The notes beneath the pieces are model-generated. The model was not told the DNA's origin and did not search any database. It worked only from the letters and a program-made list of their open reading frames with translations. From positions 1 through 40,531 of IMG/VR virus record IMGVR_UViG_3300012921_000006: a stretch of 40,531 nt of DNA; one strand, written 5' to 3'. Position numbers and translations under genes: made by a program. This document shows, piece after piece, positions 7,943 to 17,109 of this stretch (its first letter is position 1; each line of letters opens with the position of its first letter). This DNA is from a virus.

Positions 7943-8349
7943 CACGCGCCCCCGGCGGTGAGCGTGAAGCCGGTGATGGAAACCAGCTGGCCCACGCCGA
8001 TGGAGACGTTATCGACGGTCAAGTCGCCGCCGCCGCCCGTCGCCGTCACCGTGCCTTGGATGTGGCAGGTCGCGCCTTGCTTCAGGCGGAAGTGGCCCGC
8101 GTTGCCGGCCGCATCCGCCGCCGTGTCTGTCCAAGGGCCGCCCGCGATGGCCTTCGAGCCGCCCGAGGCCGCAGCCAGCCAGTCCGCCGGAACGGAAACG
8201 GTGGCGAGGACGGTGCCGCTGTCAGCGGCGGCACAGTTGGCCGGGGCCGCGCCGGTGCGGATCTCCAGCGTGAGCGACGTGCTGCCGATCGCCGTCTCGA
8301 TCGCGTCGAGCGCGGCGTTGCGGGAGGCCGTCGAGAATTGAAAGGCCAT
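7942..8349 (-). CDS. phage structural-region hypothetical protein (135 aa)
   Basis: High-GC3 ORF and the first gene after the lysis cassette. The N-terminal pattern STASRNAALDAIETAIG recurs in fibre-proximal phage proteins as far as I recall; not verified. Confidence 0.8.
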   Translation of the reverse strand: MAFQFSTASRNAALDAIETAIGSTSLTLEIRTGAAPANCAAADSGTVLATVSVPADWLAAASGGSKAIAGGPWTDTAADAAGNAGHFRLKQGATCHIQGTVTATGGGGDLTVDNVSIGVGQLVSITGFTLTAGGA

Positions 8350-8381
8350 GAGGTTGTCTCCTGTGAAGGGTGGTTGTCAGA

Positions 8382-8570
8382 TCACCAGCAGCCGCGCTCG
8401 CGGCCAAAGGTGTTGTGGGCGAGGATTTCGCGGGCGTCCTGATCGGTCAGGGCGTCGATGGTGGAGGGGGCCAGCCGGATCGGTTTCCAGCCCGCGCAGT
8501 TATTCGGACCAGTCGCGGCGCAGGCGCTCACGAGGGTCACGGTCAGCAGCAACGCGATTGTCGATTTCAT
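8382..8570 (-). CDS. o-spanin (Rz1-like outer-membrane lipoprotein)
   Basis: MKSTIALLLTVTLVSAC has a lipobox (VSAC). The mature part is short and contains Pro and Cys. GAGGA SD lies 5 nt before ATG 8570. The start lies inside the 3' part of the i-spanin gene in another frame. Confidence 0.65.
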   Translation of the reverse strand: MKSTIALLLTVTLVSACAATGPNNCAGWKPIRLAPSTIDALTDQDAREILAHNTFGRERGCW

Positions 8571-8733
8571 TGCGATCCTCATGGGCTTGGATTTCCCGTT
8601 TCATGCCCGCAGCCTTCGCTTTCGCCGCCGCGAGACGGTTGGACAGGCTGGCCGAGTGGATGCCGACGATGCCGAGGAGGAAGGCCAGCGTGGCGATCAG
8701 GACGAGCTGCCAGTTGCGGAGGGCCCAGATCAT
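8500..8733 (-). CDS. i-spanin (Rz-like)
   Basis: MIWALRNWQLVLIATLAFLLGIV gives an N-terminal TM, followed by a charged coiled region. GGTGG SD lies 5 nt upstream. The gene sits immediately downstream of the endolysin. Confidence 0.6.
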   Translation of the reverse strand: MIWALRNWQLVLIATLAFLLGIVGIHSASLSNRLAAAKAKAAGMKREIQAHEDRNEIDNRVAADRDPRERLRRDWSE

Positions 8734-8806
8734 TTGCGCCACCGCAGGCCGCGCACCGCAGCGTCGAGCATCAGCGACACGCGCCAATCAGGGATGAAAC
8801 GGAAGA

Positions 8807-9589
8807 TCATCGCCAGCCGTCCGCCCAGGCGCGCAGGCGCTGCCGGAAAATCACCAGCGAGGCGACGATGGCCACGCCCAAGAGGCTGACGACTGCCAGC
8901 TGCACCCACCGATCATCGAGGGCGGACAGCGCCGCCACACCTGCGCCTGCCTTGGCCGCCACGTCCACCACGGTCGCTTGCACGGTCGAGGATTCTGCGA
9001 TGCTTTCGCGCGGCAGATCCTCGGCCTTCGATGGCACTTGCATGAATTTCAGGTCAGCCGTGGATTCCGGCTCGGTCGCCATCGCCAGAGCGGCTTCCTG
9101 CACGTCATTGACGCGCCGGGTCCAGCCGTTGCCGAAGGTCTTGAAGTGCTTCAGTCCGCGCAGGAACCGCATCCGGCGGGCGCAAAGGCGCTCGATCAGG
9201 CCATAGACATCCTCGCGATCGATGGCAGCCAGCGTCACCTGCCCGATGATGCCGTCCACCTGCTTCAACCCAAGCTCGCGCTGAATGTCCTGCGCGGCCC
9301 GGCGCGGCCCGGAGTTCACGGCATAGTCGAAGAGGGCATAGTCCAGCCCGGACGGCAGATCATCGCCCCGGATCGCGTCCCAATACTGGCGCTTGTAGAT
9401 GTCCTCGACCTCGCCTGCGGTGATCGCCCGCACGCTGCGGCGCGGGTCACCTGCGCGATCGCGGTAGGCATCATAGACCCGCTGCGTCACGCCAAGGTTG
9501 GTTGCGCCGCCCGGGTCCTTCGGGTGGTTCACATAGCCGCCCTCGTGCTGAAGAACATGCTTCAGCGCGATGGAGATGTTCTCTCTCAT
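8807..9589 (-). CDS. GH108-family lysozyme (endolysin) with PG-binding region and C-terminal transmembrane extension
   Basis: N-terminal signature LQHEGGYVNHPKDPGGATNLGVT is typical of glycoside hydrolase family 108. The C-terminus WVQLAVVSLLGVAIVASLVIF is a predicted TM. Confidence 0.9.
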   Translation of the reverse strand: MRENISIALKHVLQHEGGYVNHPKDPGGATNLGVTQRVYDAYRDRAGDPRRSVRAITAGEVEDIYKRQYWDAIRGDDLPSGLDYALFDYAVNSGPRRAAQDIQRELGLKQVDGIIGQVTLAAIDREDVYGLIERLCARRMRFLRGLKHFKTFGNGWTRRVNDVQEAALAMATEPESTADLKFMQVPSKAEDLPRESIAESSTVQATVVDVAAKAGAGVAALSALDDRWVQLAVVSLLGVAIVASLVIFRQRLRAWADGWR

Positions 9590-9629
9590 CGTTCGGTCCT
9601 TTCGGAATGTCGGGAAGATCAGCCCCGGA

Positions 9630-9875
9630 TCAGGGCTTTGCGTTGTTCTGCAGGATGTTCTGAATCGCGATCAGGCGCTCTTCGATGCGCCCAAAGCCGA
9701 GTTCCAGCGACCGCAGCCGGATCTCGGTGGCATCATCTTCGCGGCGCATTTCGGTGACGGCATCGCGCATGAACGACACCTCTGCCTGCAGCTTCGAGAA
9801 CGCGATGAGGCCACCAACGCCCATCACGACGAGGGTGATGATGTTTCCCCAGTTCAGCACGTTCTCGAACCTCAT
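9630..9875 (-). CDS. holin candidate (single-TM membrane protein upstream of the endolysin)
   Basis: MRFENVLNWGNIITLVVMGVGGLIAF gives a TM, followed by a coiled C-terminus. GAGGAG SD lies 8 nt upstream. ATGA overlap with the upstream gene. The call is positional only. Confidence 0.5.
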   Translation of the reverse strand: MRFENVLNWGNIITLVVMGVGGLIAFSKLQAEVSFMRDAVTEMRREDDATEIRLRSLELGFGRIEERLIAIQNILQNNAKP

Positions 9876-10345
9876 TTCGTGATCTCCTCGACGATCGCGC
9901 CACACTGCGCCTCGGCAAGCGCCACGGCCTGCCGCAGATCGTCGCTCGTGACCGCAGCCGCGATGGCCTTCTCCGCCGCGCGCCGGATGCCTGCCATGCG
10001 CGAGGCGGCGAAGCGGTAAGCCTCAGCCGCCGCAATGATGCGCGCGGCCAGCTCGACCACGGTCTCGCCAGTGATGGATGCCTCGCCCGCCAGGAGCGCG
10101 GTGTCGGCGGGGCTGTCTGTCCCGCCCAGCACGGCGAGCGCCGCCTGTTCCTTGGTAGCCCAGGAGAGCTTTTCCGCCAGCGGCACGCCAGCGGTCAGCG
10201 TCTCCTCGACGGCCTCGATCGCGGCGATGACTGCGGCGTGGGCTGTGGTGGCGGTGAAGGTCGGCACCGGGATCTCGCCCGGCAGCGCGGGCCGGACGAT
10301 CTTCTGATCGCCTTCCCAGACCACGATCATGGCTGCGTCGGTCAT
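9872..10345 (-). CDS. hypothetical tail-region protein (157 aa)
   Basis: High-GC3 ORF, translationally coupled on both sides. Confidence 0.75.
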   Translation of the reverse strand: MTDAAMIVVWEGDQKIVRPALPGEIPVPTFTATTAHAAVIAAIEAVEETLTAGVPLAEKLSWATKEQAALAVLGGTDSPADTALLAGEASITGETVVELAARIIAAAEAYRFAASRMAGIRRAAEKAIAAAVTSDDLRQAVALAEAQCGAIVEEITK

Positions 10346-10977
10346 TGTGCCCCGCTATCCTTTCTGCGGTAGAGGTAGATCGCCGAGGACGCGCCCCCGG
10401 TGATGTTGCCCGTGGCGGCGGTGAGCTGCGCTCGGAGGATCTTCTGCGCGGTGCCGTGGTTCCAGCGGTTCCGCTGGACGGCAACTGCTGCAGAGGTCGA
10501 GTCTGCGCCGTTCTGGTCACCAAAGGTCAGCGCCGAATGGGTGCGACGTGTCTTGCGAACGTGCGGCAATTCAATGAAGCCAGAGCCAGACAGCGTCGAG
10601 CTGATTGAGAAAGTGCCCACCTGCAGCGCGCCGCCATAGGCCCCGCCGGTTTCACGCCAGAGGTTGATATTAAACGCCCCGGCGGCACCGCTGGAGAACA
10701 CCTCATCGAAGAGGATCGCGTATTCCCAGCCGTTGGCGAAGTCCGGGGTGGTGACGGCGGCCACGGCACCATCAACCGAGAAGGACCAGATCCGGCCATT
10801 GTTGGCGTCGTTGTTGATGACCTTGTTATAGGGGTGCCAGGCTGCGGTGTTGACCGGCGCAGTCGGGTCGCCCTCGGCAATCGAGATCGGGTTGTCCCGA
10901 AGCGCCTGCATGGTCGTGGCGAACGGCTTTGCGCCAACCGCAACCAGCGCGTTCAGGATGTTGGTAAATGCGGTCAT
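10342..10977 (-). CDS. hypothetical tail-region protein (211 aa)
   Basis: High-GC3 ORF directly downstream of the 571-aa tail protein. Confidence 0.75.
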   Translation of the reverse strand: MTAFTNILNALVAVGAKPFATTMQALRDNPISIAEGDPTAPVNTAAWHPYNKVINNDANNGRIWSFSVDGAVAAVTTPDFANGWEYAILFDEVFSSGAAGAFNINLWRETGGAYGGALQVGTFSISSTLSGSGFIELPHVRKTRRTHSALTFGDQNGADSTSAAVAVQRNRWNHGTAQKILRAQLTAATGNITGGASSAIYLYRRKDSGAQ

Positions 10978-10983
10978 ATCAGG

Positions 10984-12699
10984 TCAGATCCATCCATAGG
11001 GAATGACGTTTCCGGCGCCATCGGTGCCAGCGGCATCGACCCAGCAGCCGATTTCCGTCACCGGTCGCGCATCGGCATCAGCAACGAACTCCCAAAGGAG
11101 ACCGCCGCTTTCATTGTCTTCGGCCACGAAGCGGTAAACGCCGCCCTGCTCCACCGTCTCGGCCGAGGTGATCAGCCAAGGCGCTAGGCGCTCTGCGCCC
11201 GTGAAATCGGTCAGCATAAAGTGCCGCACCTGCAAAACATCCCCGGTCCACACCTCGGCGATGTCTTTGGCGGTCAGGGTGAAGGTGATCTGCTTGCGGA
11301 CATCACGGAAGCGCCGCAGGTATGCCTCGCCGAGCGTCCGCGCGATGACGTTGGTCGGCACCCAGCGACAGAAGATCTCCTTGACCTTTGTCTCGCCGTA
11401 TTGCCGTTCCTTATCGACATCGATGAAGGCCTCGGCACTGGCAAAGCTGTTCTTGTCGGTAAGGCTCAGGATCGGGTTGCGAGGGTTGAAGTAGACATAG
11501 ACCTGCGAAGCCCGGTCCTTTGGATGCTCCGTCACCGTGAAGCTGTCGGCGATGATGTCGCCTTCCTGCGTCAGCGTGCGAGGCGCGAAGTTCGGCCGCT
11601 GTGCCCGGAAGATGATCTCCTGGACGCGCTCGTCCCACCAGACATTGGCAAGGCCCTGCTGGCACAGTTCGCCCACCAGCCGGTCAACGTCGTTCGGCTC
11701 GGTCACATAGCCCGTGAAGCGGTAAAGCGCCCGCCATTCGTTATGCTCTGCGTCCCAGGCTGGCTTGTCGATGTAGGAGGTTGGGATGTCCCCCCAGACG
11801 GTCAGAAGATCGTAGATGATGTCGTGAAACGGCGTGTCGATGTAGGCCAACACACGCTGGACGCGGGAGTTGGCCGACTGCGCAGCGGCCGTCGTGTTGA
11901 GCGCTCCCCTCGTCAGACCACTGAACAGGATGTTCGTCCCTGAGGTGGCCCGAGAGGTATAGGCGATCAGCTCGGAGCCGATCCGCACCCATCCGGTCGC
12001 CGGGTAGTCGGCGAGCAACGCGCCGGCCACAGTCAGCGATGTGTCAGCGGCCCCTATCGCGGAGGCGAGGATGCCGCTGGAAAGCGCTGGAGCCTTCACA
12101 CCGGTGTCGGTGATTTTCCGCAGGATGTCCTTGGCGGTGATGCGGACTGAGGACCGGCTGAGGTCGATCTTCTCGATGCTGTATTCCCGCTTGATCATCG
12201 CGGAAAGATCGTCACCGAAATAGCCGTCATAGATGTTCAGCGTGAAGCCCACATGGAAAGGGTTTCTCGCCAGCCATTTGGTCCAGAAGCTGCCTCGCTG
12301 CACCGGGTTCCATGAGCGAGTGGAAAGGTAGGGATCAAAGCCGACATCGTTGTACGGAAAGTCCTTGATCGCCACCGTCGCCACGGCGCGAGCCCCCAAG
12401 GGCGAAAGGTCATCGTTCCCGGCGCCCACGTTCAGGACAGTCGGGGCCGTGTCGACGGCCATCAGCGCAGGGATCGCCGTGCCGGGCTGGAAGCCAGAGG
12501 CAAGAACGCGGTTCGCCGCAGGCATGACAAAGCGCATGACGACCGATGCGGTGAGGTCGAGGGCAGTGGTGAACTTGCAGGTCGCGTCGGTGTTCCAGCA
12601 TCGATCACCGGTCGCAAGGCATGGGGCCGTGCCGAAGACGCGCGAGCAGAGCGGCTGGATGATCTCGACCACCTGAAGCGGTTCGCGGACAAAGGTCAT
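10984..12699 (-). CDS. distal tail / tail-tip protein (571 aa)
   Basis: Second gene after the tape measure. Cys-containing N-terminus (PLCSRVFGTAPCLATGDRCWNTDATC), as seen in tail-tip proteins of alphaproteobacterial siphoviruses and GTAs. The call is positional. Confidence 0.8.
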   Translation of the reverse strand: MTFVREPLQVVEIIQPLCSRVFGTAPCLATGDRCWNTDATCKFTTALDLTASVVMRFVMPAANRVLASGFQPGTAIPALMAVDTAPTVLNVGAGNDDLSPLGARAVATVAIKDFPYNDVGFDPYLSTRSWNPVQRGSFWTKWLARNPFHVGFTLNIYDGYFGDDLSAMIKREYSIEKIDLSRSSVRITAKDILRKITDTGVKAPALSSGILASAIGAADTSLTVAGALLADYPATGWVRIGSELIAYTSRATSGTNILFSGLTRGALNTTAAAQSANSRVQRVLAYIDTPFHDIIYDLLTVWGDIPTSYIDKPAWDAEHNEWRALYRFTGYVTEPNDVDRLVGELCQQGLANVWWDERVQEIIFRAQRPNFAPRTLTQEGDIIADSFTVTEHPKDRASQVYVYFNPRNPILSLTDKNSFASAEAFIDVDKERQYGETKVKEIFCRWVPTNVIARTLGEAYLRRFRDVRKQITFTLTAKDIAEVWTGDVLQVRHFMLTDFTGAERLAPWLITSAETVEQGGVYRFVAEDNESGGLLWEFVADADARPVTEIGCWVDAAGTDGAGNVIPYGWI

Positions 12700-13493
12700 T
12701 CGAGGAAGCCCGTGATCGGGAGGGAAACGGACATCAGGTCAACGATGCCCATGTTCGTCGGTGTCGGCGCGGCGTCGGTCCAGCACCATGCCACCGATTC
12801 CGGCATCCGCAGCGGGTTCTGGATAAGGCCGAACGGCGACTGCGGCAAGGCCAGGGCAAAGGGTTGGAAGTTGGCGCGATACCATGCCGAGGTCAGGTGA
12901 TCCCAAGGCATTTCAGTGCTGAGCGCCTGCCGCTGGATGGTGCGGCCAAGCCACTGCCCCGTCTCCGACTGCGATGCCCGGCTTTCGACCATGCGCGATA
13001 GGCCGATGGGCTGGATGCCACCGAAGACGGGCCGCTCCATCTGCAAGGCGACACCCCAGCGAATGATGCCGATCTGGACAGCAGTGGAGACACCGCTCAG
13101 CGTGATGCGGACGCGGCGGATCGTGTGCGGTGCCCCGGCCCCGGTGTTGAACATCACCGCGATGGTGGAATTGTCGGTCGGCACAATGGTCGCGCGGGTC
13201 GTGAAAGCGCCACCCGTGGTGCTCGATGTCTCGACTGTGACGGTCGTGCCGGTGCTGCCAAGATTGTGCGCCGCGATGAAAAGCGTGTCGACATCCGCGT
13301 TGGCTGCTGTTTCCAGCGTCCAGCTTTGGGGAAGCGCGCCCGGGGTCCAGCGCTGATTGGTATAGTCGTTCGCTGCGAGAGCGGCATTGGTCCCGCCGCC
13401 GGTGATCGTGCCAGTGAGCGGGTTCCAGAGGATCCGCGCGTGGTTCAGTGGCCGGTTGCTGCCGAGCGTGTAGCCGGAGGTGGAGAGCGTCAT
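12696..13493 (-). CDS. distal tail protein candidate (265 aa)
   Basis: Immediately downstream of the tape measure, with a 1-nt start/stop overlap. Confidence 0.8.
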   Translation of the reverse strand: MTLSTSGYTLGSNRPLNHARILWNPLTGTITGGGTNAALAANDYTNQRWTPGALPQSWTLETAANADVDTLFIAAHNLGSTGTTVTVETSSTTGGAFTTRATIVPTDNSTIAVMFNTGAGAPHTIRRVRITLSGVSTAVQIGIIRWGVALQMERPVFGGIQPIGLSRMVESRASQSETGQWLGRTIQRQALSTEMPWDHLTSAWYRANFQPFALALPQSPFGLIQNPLRMPESVAWCWTDAAPTPTNMGIVDLMSVSLPITGFLE

Positions 13494-15394
13494 CAGGCGC
13501 TCCCGATCGTGCCACGGATGGAAGAACCATTCCGCTGCGCTTCGTTCAACTGCGTCACCAGCTGGCGCACGATCCGCTCCCCAAAGCCAAAGGGGTCGTT
13601 GGAGATCGTGAAGTTCATGGTCTGAATCGGCGCGGCAGCCTCAGTGGCGCCGCCAGATCCTCCGGCCGATGCGCTTGCAGAAACTCCGCCGCCGGTCTTT
13701 CCGGCACTCTTGATCGCGCCGACGAAGCCCATCCCTTTAGCAATGACAGCGGCCGCGCCCGCAAAGCCAAGCGTCCCCTTTTGCAGCTCCTTTGCCGCGC
13801 CCTGATATGTAGAGATAAGGGCCTGAGCTGCGCCGAAGATGGCTGCAATGCGCTGCTGCTTCTGCCCGCCTTGCTGAAGGATGGTTGCCATCCCTCCCAT
13901 AAAGGCATTGGCCTGATCGAGAACAGTTCCGTAACGCATGACATCAATCTCAGCCATCTTGCCTTGGTGCTGCTCGTTCACCCCTTGCATCAGGGCCGCA
14001 TATTCCTGCTGTGTAACGAGCTGCTGTTCGAGCGCCGCGGCGAGCATCTCTTGCCGCTTGGCATAGCTCTCCATCTCGATCTGCTCTTCAGTCATCATCT
14101 GCTGGCGAAGGGCTTCCAGCTGCGTCTGGATGGGGTTTGCACCGCCACCACCACCTCCACCGCCACTGGCGCCATCAGGCACCGCGAAGTTATCGACGCC
14201 GAACGTGTTCGACTGGCCAGCGTTCGCGCCAAACTGGCGAGGATCGCCACCGCGACCAGAATAGACCATGGAGGCTTGGGCGAACTCTCTTGCCTTGGAA
14301 AGCGCGGCGTCGATCCATCCTGTAACCGCCTGCCACGGCGAGGAGATGTCGGTATTGCCGATTGTGTTCATGATGGCCTGAAATTGTCGCGACAGGTCGT
14401 TCATGGTCTGCTGCATCTGCACGCGGGCTTTTTGGGCCTCGCGAGCAGCCGCCAGCTCGGCACGGATCGCCTTGTCGGCTGCCAGCTTTTCCCGTGCGGC
14501 ATTGATCTGAAGCTGCAGCGCGTTGGCCTGGTCGATCATGTATTGCGCGACTACGCCTTCGGCCTGGACAGCCTCTTCGCGCAGTCGGGTCTGTTCGGCC
14601 ACGAGAGCACCCAGCTCACGCGCGAGCTTGACCTGCTCCATCGTGTCGAGGCCCGTCTGCAGCATGAAGAGTTCGTCTTTTGCTGTCGCGGTGCTGGTGG
14701 CCAAGTCGTCCATCGCCTTCGTGAAAGCGGACGCCTGCTCGGACGCTGACAGGAACGCAATGCCAAGCGGGATCATGACCGCCGCAGCGGTGCCGATAAT
14801 CGCACCCCATTTCCCAAAGCTCATCGCCAACTGCGGAAACTGCTGGGCGAAGGCTTGGGTCGCGGAAGTCCCCGCGCCTACCTGCACCGCAAAGTCCTGA
14901 ATCTGAAAGCCGACATTCTGCAGCCCGCCGCCCATGCCGCGCATACCCATTGCGGCCATATCCGCCGCATTGTCAGCCCGCAGGTAGGCAGCGGCCAGAC
15001 CGTCCATCATGGAAGCATGTTCGCGGGCCGAGATCGCGCCCATCTCCAGAGCGCTGTCCAGTTGGTGAAGCGCGGCCTCGTAGCGCTTCGACGCGGCGAA
15101 GAGCGGGTCGATCGATGCGCGCAGATTGTCCACTTGCGCGCGGGCTTTGTCGAAGGCCTCGAAGGCCGCCGCGCTGTCGCGGGCGCTCTTGCTGAACTCG
15201 GTCGTGACACCAGTCAGCTTGTTCATTTCGCGCTGGAACTGGACGCCCGCCTCGCCGATCTTGGCGATCTGCCGCTCAAGGGTCTTGGCGGCCTTCTCCA
15301 TGTCGGCAAGCGACTGCTCACCAGCCTGCCCGGCGCGGGTCAGACCGGCGACATCGGCCCCGATCATGAAAACGATGTCGCCGTCCTGAGCCAT
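13493..15394 (-). CDS. tail tape measure protein
   Basis: 633 aa, Ala/Gln/Glu-rich coiled-coil sequence with an internal hydrophobic block (WGAIIGTAAAVMIPLGIAFL) and Gly runs. Sits downstream of the G/GT chaperone pair. Confidence 0.9.
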   Translation of the reverse strand: MAQDGDIVFMIGADVAGLTRAGQAGEQSLADMEKAAKTLERQIAKIGEAGVQFQREMNKLTGVTTEFSKSARDSAAAFEAFDKARAQVDNLRASIDPLFAASKRYEAALHQLDSALEMGAISAREHASMMDGLAAAYLRADNAADMAAMGMRGMGGGLQNVGFQIQDFAVQVGAGTSATQAFAQQFPQLAMSFGKWGAIIGTAAAVMIPLGIAFLSASEQASAFTKAMDDLATSTATAKDELFMLQTGLDTMEQVKLARELGALVAEQTRLREEAVQAEGVVAQYMIDQANALQLQINAAREKLAADKAIRAELAAAREAQKARVQMQQTMNDLSRQFQAIMNTIGNTDISSPWQAVTGWIDAALSKAREFAQASMVYSGRGGDPRQFGANAGQSNTFGVDNFAVPDGASGGGGGGGGANPIQTQLEALRQQMMTEEQIEMESYAKRQEMLAAALEQQLVTQQEYAALMQGVNEQHQGKMAEIDVMRYGTVLDQANAFMGGMATILQQGGQKQQRIAAIFGAAQALISTYQGAAKELQKGTLGFAGAAAVIAKGMGFVGAIKSAGKTGGGVSASASAGGSGGATEAAAPIQTMNFTISNDPFGFGERIVRQLVTQLNEAQRNGSSIRGTIGSA

Positions 15395-15603
15395 CAGAGC
15401 TTGCCCTTCTTCGCGTCCTGAATCAGGCGCTTCATCTGCGCCCTGTCGTCTTCACTGAGCCCCTTGCGCTTCGTCGGTTCTTCCAGCGTCTCGCAGAGCC
15501 ACCAGAAGTGCCTCGGGGGCATCCGCCAGAACTCCGAGGGAGCAACCCGGAGTCGCGCGACCGCGATCTGAAACGCGGTCTTTACGAAGCGTCCGTCTTT
15601 TCC
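15394..15603 (-). CDS. -1 frame extension giving a GT-like fusion chaperone (product spans 15394..15923 with the slip at 15597..15603)
   Basis: The -1 frame is open from 15606 down to TGA 15394..15396 and encodes ...APSEFWRMPPRHFWWLCETLEE..., resembling the T-part of GTA/phage chaperones. Its stop overlaps the tape-measure ATG. Confidence 0.55.
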   Translation of the reverse strand, partial: GKDGRFVKTAFQIAVARLRVAPSEFWRMPPRHFWWLCETLEEPTKRKGLSEDDRAQMKRLIQDAKKGKL

Positions 15604-15923
15604 GGCTCACCTGCCTTGCCTTGCGGCGCGCCATCCATCAGCACGGCAACCAGCGATGCCAGAACGCTGAAATAGGCAGCAGGGTTTCCCGCCTGAAAAT
15701 CGGCCATCATCTGAGAATGCACGTCCTTGTCGGTCATGCGCCCACCGGCTGCGCGCAGGATCACCCCAATGCAGCGGGCCATCTTGAAGAATTTCGGGCT
15801 CTTCGCCCAGCCGATGACCTCAGGGAGCGAGGCGATGTCCTCGATCCGCTCCCCGATCTCGAAGGCACGGCTCTCAGGGATGACGTAATCCTCGCCCTGA
15901 AACGTGATCCGGATTTCCGCCAT
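15582..15923 (-). CDS. tail assembly chaperone (G-like)
   Basis: 113 aa, located between the major tail gene and the tape measure. It is overlapped at its 3' end by an open -1 frame. Confidence 0.75.
   Translation of the reverse strand: MAEIRITFQGEDYVIPESRAFEIGERIEDIASLPEVIGWAKSPKFFKMARCIGVILRAAGGRMTDKDVHSQMMADFQAGNPAAYFSVLASLVAVLMDGAPQGKAGEPEKTDAS
15597..15603 (-). promoter_or_regulatory. candidate -1 slippery heptamer G_GAA_AAG
   Basis: This is the only A-run in the 25-nt window where both frames are open. The A-site AAG->AAA re-pairing is classical, but the P-site pairing is imperfect. Confidence 0.4.
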
Positions 15924-16321
15924 CAGGAAAGCGTCCAGGTGCCGGAGGACACAAACTCCGCCGAGAACTCGACGGCGTCGTCATGCGGGTTGCCTTCCTC
16001 ATAGGAGGTCATGAAGAAGTTGCCGGCCAACTGGTCCGCCGCGGTGAGCGCATCGGCGAAGGTGAAGGTCAGGTCGGTGATCAGCGGCGAGCCAGCAGCC
16101 GAAAACGCGATGGTGCGAAGGACCGGGTCTTCATAGACACCTTCGACCGAAAGCGTGATCTGCTTGGTCGCGGCCTGCGTGAGCAGCTCGATCACGCCGT
16201 TGGAATCGCGGTCTGTCACGTCGATCGGTTCGTTCGCCACCGAAACGGTGGTCACGCGCACACCACCGATCGGGGTCGCAGCGCGCGAAAGGACGGCAAG
16301 CCGCCCGGGTGCCTTTGCCAT
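15923..16321 (-). CDS. major tail protein (TP901-1/GTA gp9-like)
   Basis: 132 aa in the canonical position. The pattern (ITLSVEGVYEDP ... AEFVSSGTWT) resembles the small major tail proteins of GTA-type modules. Confidence 0.8.
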   Translation of the reverse strand: MAKAPGRLAVLSRAATPIGGVRVTTVSVANEPIDVTDRDSNGVIELLTQAATKQITLSVEGVYEDPVLRTIAFSAAGSPLITDLTFTFADALTAADQLAGNFFMTSYEEGNPHDDAVEFSAEFVSSGTWTLS

Positions 16322-16333
16322 GGTCAGTCTCCT

Positions 16334-16714
16334 TTATGGCTGCCGTTCCATCAGGCCGCGATACTCGCAGACCCCGTGAAATGACCCGTCCGGCGCGTCG
16401 AGAACTTCGCTCCGCTCGCGCTGGATCAGGATGTGGCGGTGACCGGTGATGGTCAGCGCGCCACGGTGAAGGCGGTCATAGATCGCGCCTTGGATTTCCT
16501 TTGCTTCCCGCATGCTCTCGGAGCGGGACCGCACATGGATGCGCGCGAGGTAGTCAGTGCCGGTCGCGCGCGCCGTGTCGAAGGGGTTCATGACGATGAA
16601 CCCGATCTCAACGTATGGCCACTCGGCTGCCTGCTTGCCTCGATCGACGACTCTCAGTCCAAGCGCGCTCAGGGCGCTGAAGAGCGCCCCCTGAATTGCC
16701 ACTTCGCCAGCCAT
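16334..16714 (-). CDS. tail terminator / tail completion protein (DUF3168-like)
   Basis: 126 aa. Position and pattern (WPYVEIG ... HVRSRS ...) are typical of DUF3168. Confidence 0.7.
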   Translation of the reverse strand: MAGEVAIQGALFSALSALGLRVVDRGKQAAEWPYVEIGFIVMNPFDTARATGTDYLARIHVRSRSESMREAKEIQGAIYDRLHRGALTITGHRHILIQRERSEVLDAPDGSFHGVCEYRGLMERQP

Positions 16715-17109
16715 TAGCGCCCTGCCACCTTGGCGATGCGCGCGGCCAGCCGCTTGACGAACTTCTGCGTGGCGATGGTGTCGATCTTGCTCATCACCTT
16801 CTCCTTGGACCGCAGAAAGAACGCATGTTCAATGCCGTCAGGACCGTCGCCATACTCCAGGAAGCGCCAGTAAAAGGCGCCCTTGACCCGAACCGAAGCG
16901 CGAGCCTCGCCGTCCTTGTCCCTTTCTGCCCGGCTACGCGTACCGGCCCGCATCTTGCCCTCATCCACCGGCATGATGGTCCGGGCCTCGTCCGCGATCG
17001 CTTCTGCCACGTCTTTGACAGTCTGGCGCGAGAGGAGCTTTGCCTCCTTGGGCATCACGTCTCGCAGAACGCGTCGGACATCATCGATGCCCCGGATCTC
17101 GACGCTCAT
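16714..17109 (-). CDS. HK97 gp10-family head-tail joining protein
   Basis: FYWRFLEYGDGPDGIEHAFFLRS matches the gp10-family motif y..f.EfG ... pF. ATG 17109 overlaps the upstream stop (ATGA); the longer ORF-table start is implausible. Confidence 0.75.
   Translation of the reverse strand: MSVEIRGIDDVRRVLRDVMPKEAKLLSRQTVKDVAEAIADEARTIMPVDEGKMRAGTRSRAERDKDGEARASVRVKGAFYWRFLEYGDGPDGIEHAFFLRSKEKVMSKIDTIATQKFVKRLAARIAKVAGR

Noticed and set aside
13448-14749. 433-aa plus-strand ORF antisense to the tape measure gene
   Set aside because: It has no motifs and a Leu/Arg/Gly-rich composition. The minus strand encodes a typical tape measure in the canonical operon position.
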